Origin: Balanoglossus misakiensis
Lineage: Eukaryota; Animalia; Hemichordata
DNA length: 64,000 nt
Assembly (NCBI GenBank): GCA_040954595.2
Contig: CM082579.2
Location: 3,709,227 to 3,773,226, forward strand
Direction: 5' to 3'
The notes beneath the pieces are model-generated. The model saw only the letters and a program-made list of their open reading frames with translations. It had not been told where the DNA came from and did not search any database. Shown here in pieces: positions 14,701 through 25,800 of the stretch; position 1 is the stretch's first letter; every line of letters starts with the position of its first letter. A program made the position numbers and the translations under genes.

Positions 14701-15823
14701 CTGAGATCACAGCTTCATTCTTATCCGTTGTCCTGGAGTTGACACTAATGACTGGGAAATTGTCATTTCTGTCCTTGACATTGATGGTGACAGTTGCATA
14801 GGTCTGGAGAGGGGAAGTACCTTTGTCGGATGCTTGCACGATGATTAAAAAACTTTTGTCAAGTTCATAGTCCAAAGACTGTAGGGTTGAAATCATCCCA
14901 GACACCGGGTCAATAGAAAACAGTTCTAACACCCGTGGTGGCGTGCGTCTACTGAAGGAGTAGACAATTTCTGCGTTACTCCCGTGGTCAAAGTCAGTTG
15001 CGTTTAGATCAAGTACTTCGACGCCCGCAGCAAGATTTTCTTCGACTTCCACGGTGTAACTAGTTTTCTCAAAGACCGGGCCGTGGTCGTTCGCGTCTAT
15101 CACACTGACGTTGATCAGAGCGGAGCCCGACCTCGCCGGGTTTCCACGGTCCTTTGCGACCAGGGCCAATTCATAGAAGTCGATCGCCTCCCTGTCCAAC
15201 TCCCTCAGGACGACGATTTCGGCGACTTTTGCCCCTTCCACGATACTGTAGTACGTGTTTAATCCAAACGTACCCGAGTACGTGTTGTAAAGTTCGTAGC
15301 TCTGCACCGTGTTGTTGCCCGTGTCAGAGTCCACCGCGAAAAGGGCGCTCCCTTGCGGGAAAGTCGTCCCAACAGCCACCGACTCCGAAATTTCGATCCT
15401 GATGACTTCCTCCGTGAAAGTTGGCGCGTGGTCGTTCAAGTCCAACACAGTCACCTTCACCCTGGTAAACTGCAATGCCGGCGTTTCGAAGGTGATTATA
15501 ACTTCGTGTGCGCATATCTCCGTCCACGGGCAAAGCTGCTCTCGATCCACGCGTCTCTTTGTGGTGATAACTCCATCACTTTCATCCACGGAGATGAAGG
15601 AACTGTTTCTGGAGGTTTCCGAGAAGAAGCGGAAGTTCCGCGCCAGCCTTGGGTCCAGAGACAGAGCCGATAACAAGTCCCCAACTATTTCCCCAGGCTC
15701 CTGTTCCTCGTAGACTTGGTAGGCGACTTCCAGCGGCACTGCCAGCGTCGTTTGGAGGAGAATCACAAGAAGAAAGACAAACTGGAACAGCATCAGTTCT
15801 GACGGCCGCGTAGCAAACGGCAT
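3025..15823 (-). CDS. Delta-type (non-clustered) protocadherin, join(complement 13013..15823, 7073..7250, 3025..3839), ~1267 aa
   Basis: Signal peptide (MLFQFVFLLVILLQTTLA), seven cadherin repeats with DxNDxxP-type linkers and DRE/DYE motifs, one TM helix (IIILVLGSLVLLLIIIVVIVIIC), cytoplasmic CM1 (DSGRGESD) and CM2 (CTIECKTLGHSDQCWMP). Both introns are GT-AG and phases match (0, 1). Confidence 0.95.
5719..5780. repeat. (CAT)n microsatellite, ~20 units, in protocadherin intron 2
   Basis: Perfect CAT run. Confidence 0.97.
7073..7250 (-). CDS. Protocadherin coding exon 2 (VDRLLSM...DSGRGESD, CM1)
   Basis: Acceptor ttttgcatctgtaaag| at 7251, donor G|GTAGGT at 7072; 178 nt, phase 0 to 1. Confidence 0.9.
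8649..8735. mobile_element. piggyBac-like MITE (87 bp)
   Basis: TTAA|CCCTTTCACC ... GGTGAAAAGG|TTAA: 10-bp TIR with 1 mismatch and TTAA on both sides (8645-8648, 8736-8739). Confidence 0.7.
12913..12987. mobile_element. Kolobok-like MITE (75 bp)
   Basis: TTAA|AGGGACAAAGTTGCTAACTTTT ... AAAAGTTAGCGACTTTGTCCCT|TTAA: 22-bp TIR with 1 mismatch, TTAA on both sides, AG...CT termini. Confidence 0.8.
13013..15823 (-). CDS. Protocadherin coding exon 1 (signal peptide, EC1-EC7, TM, proximal cytoplasmic region)
   Basis: ATG at 15823 (MPFATRPS), codon 39 of ORF 12971..15937; donor GAG|GTAAGG at 13012; 2811 nt, phase 0. Confidence 0.95.
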
Positions 15824-16546
15824 TGTCTCGCAGATCACGAAAATAAACGAGTTTGTAATTGTATGGTTTCTTTGGTCAAAGTTCTTTAAAAAAAGTTCAC
15901 ACAATGGCAAAGGGACGCGGGGTCGCTCGCTGAACAAGCTGCCGCCTGGTTTTTCTCACAGATGCGAATTCGCCTGAGTGGGACTTGCCTTGTTGATTTC
16001 AAAATTTCACTATGCGGGCGAACGTTTCATGTACGATTGCGTGGTTGATGCTGGCTGGTGTTGGCTTGCCCACATGTCCCACTGCTCGAGTCAGGGATGC
16101 ATATCCTTGTCTCCGCTTTTCAAGTCAAGCAGGATGTATAGGTAGCTAGTGAACGACCATCAGTTGACAAATCTCACGCTGTAATAGATCCTCAGCAAAC
16201 AGGTAGCGCGTAAACAAACGGTACCGGCGGCTTGCCAGTCAGGAAGTGTCTCATTTTCCAAAAACCGTCCCCTTGGTCCTGCCAAATACTTCACGCTACT
16301 GTCACCGTGACGAAATGTTGATAACGGCAGTGCATCACTTAAAAACCCTCCCAGTTTACCTGATGGAAATTCCAGCCGAAGGATAAGGCGACAATATATG
16401 AGTATACGACCGTAAAAATAATAATAACCACGTCTTTGTAAAAACTTGTACACAAAAAGTTCGGTAGCGATCGACGCACCTGCTGTTTCAACGACCGTCC
16501 AACTCCAACCACACACACAATTAGTGACCGTTAACTCTTAACTTAC

Positions 16547-16700
16547 AGTCAAGGAAAATATAGATCTCGTCTCCTTTCTTCTGCGCTTGAACACATTATC
16601 ATCTTCAACAGTTCGTATCCGATGTTCAGATTCGACCAATACCACTGCCACCGCTTTTGAAACGTACAAGAACACCTAGAGACACGGGACAAAATACTGC
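16547..16700 (-). other. Putative non-coding 5' exon / promoter region of the protocadherin (5' boundary approximate)
   Basis: Consensus donor |GTAAGT at 16541-16546 on the minus strand in CpG-retaining sequence upstream of the ATG; a second donor CAG|GTAAAC lies at 16359. No transcript data. Confidence 0.35.
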
Positions 16701-17952
16701 TTGGTCTTCTCGAACGGTCTATCTATACAGTATACTAAACCAACCCTCCACTCAAAGCGTCCGGAACTTCTAACTATTATGCACCTGGCATGGATGGGCA
16801 GCGACCACTTCCAAACGGGGGGTGCGCAGCTTATTACACATATGGCGGATTAACGATCCGTATCATCCTTGGCGGTTTGTGCTGGTAAATGCTTTCTAAA
16901 TAGGCATCGTGTTTCAAGTTACTGGTTTTTAGGTGATCTAAAAAAAGTCAGGAAGAAAGGGCGTCTCGACAAACTGTTTGCGGGGACGTTAATTTGCTCG
17001 AATTAAATTAACCGACGGTCAACATTTACAAATATATATTTGATGTTTACTCTGGAGAGAAAAGTGGACGCAATGGTAGTATTTTACACCCGAAAGAACA
17101 CTCCTCACACGCTTGGCGATTTAAAAGACGCGTGTCGCGTGCTTTCATCAGCATTCACAATAGACTCCCCACTTTGAATATTGACTTGATTAAAAATTTA
17201 CATAACAATTTAGACCGTCTCACACTTTCTCAGGCCGGCTACTGAGTATTAAAGCGGACAGTCTTTTGTTAAGCATGAGTCTTGCTGACAAAAGAAGTTT
17301 TGCACAGGAACGGAATGGCATGGCATCACCCATGTCACGGTTTCGCCTGCAACAGCTTTTCGTCCCCCGTAAAAGTTGCTGGTGTCACGAATTTGCGGCC
17401 AACACGAGAACATTGTTGAATAGGTCTTATATTTTCGCGAACAGAATGAGCTTAACAAAACACAGTCCCCTGTGTGACAAAACTAACCAGTTGCTTATAA
17501 TGAGCAGTTGGCAAAACTGCGTTTGGATGAAAATTAAAAAGGCAAAAACACAAGCAAGGGATATCACAGATGCTGTAAATGTTGAATTTAAGAATTTGAA
17601 TAATTTCCTGTAAAACTTCAAATACGAAACATTTCAATGCATGAAGTTGTAAAAAGAACAATGGGCGGGGTTTTAAGAAGGACGAAGCTTTACAAACGGT
17701 CGCGTGGCTGGTGTTGTTTTTCAAATTTGGTCTCAAAACAAAAGGAATTGCTTTTTATTGGAGCATCTTTAAATAATGCGGCAACACGTCACTTACAGAA
17801 CACACAAATCTTACAAGTACCGGACACTGAGAGATACGCCTAAATTGGCGATGACAGCGGTTTATCGTGATATGAGTAAACAGTAAAAAATCACTTAACC
17901 TTTGCACCTCAGAGCATCTTAGATAGATGCCGAAGGTATAATCGTAAAACTG

Positions 17953-17976
17953 TTTTTTTTTTTTTTTTTTTTTTTT
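17953..17976. repeat. Poly(T) tract, 24 nt
   Basis: Directly visible. Confidence 0.9.
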
Positions 17977-18343
17977 CGTGAACTGTATTTGGTATTAACC
18001 GATGCATAGATCGGGGATAACGATGTAATAAAAGGGAAAGTAGAGGCGACGCGAGCAATTACTTTTGAATTCGACGTTCGATCGGTGGTTAGCCGCACTC
18101 GTTGGACTGTGACCCATTCTCGCGATATTCAATCGACTGACCGCGTCGATGCGATGATGTTCACCTGTATTTGTTTGTACACGGTTCATTTTCCGTCTGT
18201 CAACTTACAACATCCTCTGACTGGACCAACTACTTGGCATTTTTTAAAAAAGCGAACAACCATTAACCACCGGAAAATCGTTAAATAGTTTCTCATGACA
18301 ACAATGATTGTAACATTTCATATTAGCGGTTTCCGCATTTCAA

Positions 18344-18453
18344 AATTGTTACATATTATTGGCATCTGTTAGGTGTGATTTTGATACACCAAAGACCTAA
18401 TTTCTGAATTGTTACAAATTATTGGCGGATGTTAAGTGTCATTTTGCTACACT
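18344..18453. repeat. Diverged direct duplication of ~47 bp at 63-bp spacing
   Basis: aattgttacatattattggcatctgttaggtgtgattttgatacac versus aattgttacaaattattggcggatgttaagtgtcattttgctacac. Confidence 0.8.
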
Positions 18454-21400
18454 GGCGGAAATGGTTTCTGCTTTTCACTATGATAACAGGTTCCGCATTG
18501 TGATTGGACGCTACTGGGCTTTACGAACATTTACATATAACATGACGTCACTCTGTGTTGAAAAGTATTACTTTTGGAGTAAACTGCGCAGCGCAAACGT
18601 TATTCATCGTTATTAGTTAGCAGATCTTATCTCTGAAAATATGAGAACATAGAAGACGCGGAAAAGTCCCCCAAATCAATGCAATAGTTTCTTTTCTTTT
18701 CGAACTTCCAAAAGTAACGCGCGATTGGCCTGGTCCGCTCTCAAAGTCGGAGAAAGTAGGCCAAGACGTCACGGTGTCTGGCTTTGGTTTCCGTGAAGGT
18801 ACAAATATCACACCGTCTTTACACGTGGATGGCTTTAAGGGTAAAATGATTTGTGGGAGGGTAGTTTTATTGGCGCCAATCGGACACCGCACACATGTAA
18901 TATACATGTAGTGATGTACATGATATATGCGCATCCCCAGGACTGATGCGCATCTTATCTATACTCTTGAGGTAAATTTCAAATCGCGAATCCTGTAGCG
19001 CAAGACACACGTACATGTCGATATAAAAGAAAGCCAGGCATATTTTTTCTCTGCACCGCACCATAATGCACCCCATCAGATGTATCTAACTACAAGAGAG
19101 TGAGCTCCAAATAGCCCGCACTTGCAATTTAGGATCGTTGCACGACGCGACGTCGACCAAAAGCACAAGAAGTGAAAACAAAGTCCTCAACCCTCCCCAT
19201 CTGCTCACACACCACCATTGGGATTCACGGTTGACTGAAAATAAAGATACGTCGGGTATTTACATGTAAAACTGCTTGGAAACTAGTGCCCATTCAAGAG
19301 TGGCGATCGGAATAAGAGAGAGAGAGAGAAGAAAAAACACATTACATTCATGATTCAAGAAGCCAATTCGTGTTCTGTGTCTACTGAATTGCAAAAACAT
19401 GGCAGTAAATTGTTTTCGTTCAGCTTGTAGCCTGCAGGTAATACACTATAAATAAGGACGATAGACTGATACAAGCACAGTGGGAAACCGGTAGAGATGA
19501 TGAGACACAGGGGAGTCTGAGAGAGCAGAAAGTCAGTGTATTCTGGTTTTAAATACTGTACTGTAAAAGTACTACATGAACTTCGGGCGACGCCGTTTGC
19601 TTATTGTGTCCCCAAAACCACCACACTTTTTACCATGCAAACATTAATACATCCAAGCACAGTCCCTGTGATCCAAGCAAACAAAGTGTGACGCTTTTAA
19701 AATTAATGACCATGAGGGATATTCGCTGGTTACCCGTCATATTGGTATGCGGTGCGCAGAAACGCACGCACGACCTTCCTCACGTATAAAAGCGTGCCAC
19801 ACAATTAAGGCAGAACACATTTTGCCCTGCAGCATACGACAACCGATTACGCGTTTTAGAGGGCTGTTTCCAATAAATTGTGAAGCCGTGACAATAATCC
19901 CGATTGGATTACACATCATTTTAGCTACACAGTCTTTCACAGAAATGCCCCGATCTTGTCTTATGTTCGTCCACTCGACAAGACAATACGATCATTTGAA
20001 TTGGTTGCGTGCGGCAAATCCCTATTCTATGGAAAAGACAGCGGTCATGATCGAACCACCCGCTCCGGACAATGACCAGACAAGCAACGGCGAAAGGATT
20101 ACCGCATTCCAGACCGATTTTCTGTTCGACCATTAAAGTCCAATCGAAGATGACCATCTGTGCCTTCTTTTTGTATCTCTATCATATGAATGGAATAACA
20201 CCATTATCTCCATGCAGTGCAGGAAAAAAAATCGCCCAATTATCAGAACTTATTTTTCACAACATGTAGACATTTTTTAAACAGAAATTTATTGCATAGC
20301 CCCAACCAAAAAAGTGACACTTATGAACGGCATCCTGTACTTGTAAGGCTACTTATCATTTTTTGTGCTTTTAGCGCAAAAAAGGGCTGAGACTATATGT
20401 TGAAGTTAAATGGGATGGTCTGATGGAAACAATCTGTGGAATGCGGTCTCCATGGTAACATCAATAGTTTTCATTGTTTAATATCCACAACATTGATACC
20501 GTGCTATCAAAACTTATTTTATTACACAAGTCTTTAACACTAACCTATTTGTAGTTTCATACCTGCAAATTGAAAGAACTGCAACGTAACTGTATATTTA
20601 TGAGAATTTTTTGATACATTTTGTACATGTAGCCCATTTAGCTAATATTTCTTGTTCTTCCCCCAAAGCATGCGTGCACACGTACACACGCATGCACACA
20701 CACAAACCTAGACTCAATAGACAGAGCTAAAATGAAAAGAAATTATTCATGAAATGCATTGACTGTGCAATCATTTGTACTGGAAATAATCTTGTTTTCT
20801 GAATGCCAAACAGATTCAAGTCAAAGGGAAAATCCGGCGGCGATATTTTATGCAAATTGAACCAATGCTGCATGTTGGCATGACACAGAATGCCACAGTT
20901 TTTAATTTCCTGGATTTGTCGAGTGGGATCAGTGCTGGAATCTGGAATAAACCACATGGAAGTGGCTGGGATGCTGGGAGTTGCAGCGGGAGGGGCGCTT
21001 GCCTGGATCAGATTTCATCGGAGATGTTCTAGCTGGGATTATTGATGATGGAAAACAAGGTTTTGGGGGTGATAGCATTGTCATCATTCACCGAGGAGGA
21101 ATTATCGCAATTTTTTTCGTCAAAACGTAGACATGTAATCAAAATGGGATTTAACCCTTTCAGAATGCTCGTTTTTTATTTCAAATTTTCACGGATCCTT
21201 GGGCACGTGCCAAAACTCGCTCCGTTGGAAACAAACGTGAGTGATATTAATGGCTGTTCAAATGCCGTGATCATTTTGGCACATTTATAGAAATAGTATT
21301 TATTAATTCATTTGTCGGGGCCAATTATGAATCCTTGGGACAGTATTTAACCGACTGAAACAGATAGCAATATTTTATCAGGACACCATTCCTGCATCCT

Positions 21401-24400
21401 TCATTATTGTCTCAATTAATATGCGACTCAAAGAGGACGGTCAACAATAAAGCTAATTTTAGGACAAGGGTACCTGTGCTTTTTGCTATATCCCCGTGAA
21501 ATGCACAATAAATAAAACCTTTGTTTCATTATCTAAAGAGCAACAACAAGCTGAAGAGAGAAAGAGTTTGATAGTAATGGAAAAAAATATCTCAGGAGAA
21601 TAAAAAAACAACTTTGCAGGCCATATTCGGAAAAAAATTTATTGTCACTTCCTGTCGTTGACAGTCGACAAGACAACTTAAAATGGTTAACCTTGAGGTC
21701 ACTGTAATACAGTAAACAAAGGTCAGAGTCAGCTGTCATTATATAACCTACTTTATCTCTTGTATTAATATTATTTATTACACTTGCGTGCTAAAATATT
21801 TCCCCCATATCACCATAATTTGCTGATGATAATTTTAATAAAAAAATTGCTAAGTCTGACCTGGCAACCCCAAAGCTCGTTTATAAAGTCACTGCATTCA
21901 GCTTGTCGTTACGTTCTTTGTAATTGATAAAAATCATAATTTATCAAAAAGTGATAACCTCAGGTTTATAAACGGCACAGGGCATAATTCAATTTCAGAC
22001 TGCCTGATGCAGTGAAATTAGATTCAGGGAAACTTCCGGTCTATGTGAATTTTTCTTCTCATTGGAAGAGATTCTGTGATAAAACTGCAGTGTGAATATA
22101 TGAACCTGGTCATCACCAAGCAAATGGTTCACTCTTAGTAAATATGTTTTTTTTTTTAGATAACCTTGCACTTTCTGATGTGACCTGAAGCTGTTGATTA
22201 AGAGAACAACAGTTGCATGTATAAATTTGATTGCAGGAGTATGTTATCTTATGATTGTACACACTGGTTACTCCATTGGGACCGCCCTGCAAAATGATAA
22301 AGACAGTGACCATCATGAGAGTGACAATAATCCTGTAAAAATGATAAATGAAGATCATCCTGCACTTTACATGATTAGAAAAATGTTACAATGTTGCAAG
22401 CTATATTCTGGACAAAGTTGGTTTGCAATGTCAATTTAAGGCTTAAAACTTGTGTCCTGATCATCAGCTGTCAGACATTCTGTTAAGTGTTCCATGGGTG
22501 CCAAAAGGGGACGTTATTGAACGGAGTACTCTGATGCATTTGACACTTCGGGAGAGAAAATGGTCATTATCCTTTTTCTGTCATATCACAGTTAAAGGAT
22601 CTTGATCCAGCAGAGATCGCCGATGCCAACTTCAGCATCTGTTTTCAGGTTTAAGAACTGCTGTACACTAGTTTAATACTGAAGGTGCTACTCAGTGGAA
22701 TACATGAAGGTGATGCTACCCACAATGCACCTGGGAAGAACGCAGCAGAGGTATTCAAGTTCTGTGAATTAATGTCGCAACATTTGAAATCGACAGACTA
22801 TTCATTTCACAATGTGCTCTTAACAGAGACCCTCCCCCCACCCCGCCAAAGTCATCTTCGAAGAAAAAAAGTCATGTTTGAAATACACACTCTCATTGAC
22901 CTCATGACTAAGTGTATTGGCACAAGAATTGAGCTCTTGACCTCCAACTTGTTAAAATATTTGCCATGATCACCACCCGGCACAACCTTCACAGGCTGAA
23001 CTTCAAGTGAACCACATCTGTGTTGGCCACGACACTGTATCTATATCTGCACTGTGACCTCTCAAAACGCAAATTACCAGCGTTTTTTCGTGTTTCCACG
23101 CACAAGCCAATAGGCCACCCAACCCACAAAACAAGACAATACAACTGTGTGTTGGTTCTGTCTGATATTTTAGCACGGGCACCACAACCTGCACATCTAA
23201 AAATAACAAGGTTGGGTGGGTTAAGTCTATGCTACAATAAAACCAGTTAAAAAACTCAGTTACAATGTGAAAAAAAAAAAACAGAACTCAAAACTGTGAA
23301 TGTGTGTGCTTTTACTAGTAACTCTATATTTCAAATTTCAAAGCAGTTGAGTGCCACGAAATGGTAGCTTCCAAAGGATAATGCACCCCATCAATAATAT
23401 TTTCACCTTCAAGTCCACAAATATTGACTTGTAAATGTTAATCATGTGTTAAGTTCACTGAAAGCCACTATGTCCACAAAGCCACAGCTGAAGGTAAATG
23501 CAGGAGTCCTTCACAAGTAGCCAGTGTAATTCCTCAAACATTGACATAACAGATTTGGCCAGACAAGACTGAACATTTCAAAGATAAGTGACTTGCAGGT
23601 GAGAGAATAGGATAGGAGGTCACCTGGGACTCTCTCTAGGCTCTATGCCAGGGAAGACTGACTTTTATCATATGATTTTATCAGTTGAGCAACATCACAG
23701 GGAAGGAACAGAGAAATTTTGACATGTAAAATTCCCATTGGAAGCTGCACTCATACCGAAAGTAGTTTTGATTGAGAAACCAGTTTATTATTTCTTGAAA
23801 TTTGAAACAAAGTTTACATATCCTAGAAGCTTGAAATGTGTACTGTCTATGCTAGCAGGAAATGGTGAAATCACAATATTTTCGTTTCTCTTAATCTGTA
23901 ACTGCTAAAAATATTTTCCTTTCGGTGAAAACTGGCTGACTAACTTCCCTGTGAGTTTCAGTTTCGGGGACATTTATTGTTCACTACTAAAACAAGTGCA
24001 AACACAGACTATTAAAACTAAAACAGGCTTATTGTTGGCAATGACTAGGGAATGTAAACATGCATTGCAGGAACAAACAAACACGCCAGCTACTTGAAGA
24101 GATTGCACCTCCAGATAATAACAGTGCTAATCTTTTTTAATGGGGAGAACAATTTCTTTGTGGAAGGCCCCAAGAAGCAAAGTGTAGTGTGAGTAATAAA
24201 TATTTTATATTCATCTGTACTCTGTACAGATTTAAAGATACTCTTCCTGATTACTAGTGTACAGAAATATTTACAATAGTGTATTATTTACAATAGTGCG
24301 TGCTAGTTCAGAATTGATTTCAGTCAAACGTGAAAAATTTTAGATTTTATTTGTCAAGATCACACAAATATAGAATAAAATGAGGTCTTCAGTTCATGAA

Positions 24401-25500
24401 ACGGTGAACTGTTTGACAGCTTTTTAATTTTGTGGATATTACACATTCCGTTAAATCTCGAGCTAATCAGAATGCATTTAATCTGGAATTCTTGGCATGT
24501 GCGTCGGTCTCTTGGATACAAGACACCAGGACTGAATGTCCAATGTCCACGGCTTCTAGCAAAGCTGTGGCTATTATGTCTGTCCTGGACGTTTCCTAAA
24601 CCAGCTTCGAAATCTCTGAAAAGTTACGTACGCTGAAGTGAAGGGGATTAAAACGAGGAATTGAAAGCGTGGGATGGAGTTAAACGGGCTGGGTTTTCCC
24701 ACCGACGGACCAACCGAGTGGGTTTTTGTTTTGACAGTAGCGGATGCTGACGAATATGGTACGTAGCATTCGGTGCCGACTGACACACAGTGGCTGCGGG
24801 TTCGGTTTTCCGAAAAGTCGGTTACGCACAGGAACTGACTCAAAACCAAACCTTGTGTAAACAAGACCAAGCCAATTGGTCAACAAAGGTAAATGAATGG
24901 GGAGTATAGCCAGAGGCAGTGCAGGGTTCAACCACCTGTTGTCATCGTTTCAAAAATGGGATAATTCTGCTGGTAATTAGAAATGTCACGGTTGTACAAC
25001 TGTGGGGTAAATGACCCTAATCAGGCAGTCGCGGTGTGTGCATCTTCGGCCAAAATATTTAAAAATTGGTATACGCCATAGAGGGCAGAATACTATATGT
25101 ACAACTGTTTCACATGCAGTGGTAAATGGATCACTGAAGTGATACCATAGTTTTGCATCTTTCAGAAAACTATTATTGCCTGCAATTGAATTTGATCACC
25201 CTTTGGAGAAACTGAGAGAGTCAATGGCCAATGGGACAGAGGTCACAAAAGTTCACATTTGGCTGAAAATGGTCTTTTTGTTCTCCAGTTACTTGATCCA
25301 CCTGTGTGGGGTCTGACTTGTAAGGAATACATGAGTACGATGTACATGTATGGGCTCCAAGTTGGCTTCACTTTGAAAGGTTAAACATGCATTGCTGAGG
25401 TGTATTACTTAAAGGTGTTGAATTTCAGACCATGCAATGAAAAGACACTGAGTCAGAGACCCACTAATAGCAACTTCGATTTCAGAGGAATTTAGTGTTC

Positions 25501-25800
25501 AGGGTTATGTCCCTATTTTGATTTTAGTGGTCGACGCGACAACCAATTTGACTTTATTGGTCTCGACCTGGATGAATTTGACTCGTGTTTCCACCAAAAC
25601 GCCGTCACTAATTTCACTTTAGTGACCTATCCATGTTACGACCAATTTGCTTTGTGGGGTCTGCACCCCACTGAATTTGATTTTAGTGTTTCCGCACCAC
25701 CACTGAATCGATTTTTACTTTTCAGCGCAGTCCAGATGATGGCTAATTAGACGTTTTTTTATTGGTCTAGGCTCGGACTTCTTTGATTTTTAATGGTGGT
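25501..25800. repeat. Degenerate palindromic minisatellite, ~9 units of 30-39 bp
   Basis: AATTTGAYTTTAGTGG-like cores start at 25515, 25545, 25575, 25610, 25644, 25674, 25706, 25745 and ~25780. Confidence 0.75.

Noticed and set aside
13044-15713. Long plus-strand ORFs (209, 225, 134 aa and others) opposite protocadherin exon 1, and similar ones at 3061-3861
   Set aside because: Antisense shadows of a GC-rich coding exon, with no recognisable domains.
15824-15937. 38 extra N-terminal codons of ORF 12971..15937
   Set aside because: The ORF begins at a non-ATG codon; the first ATG (15823) sits just before the signal peptide.
17898-17976. Short hairpin (GCATCT/AGATGC) followed by poly(T), resembling a terminator or retroposon tail
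   Set aside because: Intrinsic terminators do not apply here; no Pol III A/B boxes or target-site duplication could be identified.
22590-23600. Scattered plus-strand splice-like signals suggesting an intergenic gene
   Set aside because: No coherent ORF or exon chain; a lncRNA cannot be supported without transcripts.
25501-25800. CRISPR array
   Set aside because: Animal genome, no cas genes, degenerate repeats, and linkers only ~14-23 nt and related to each other. Kept as a palindromic minisatellite.
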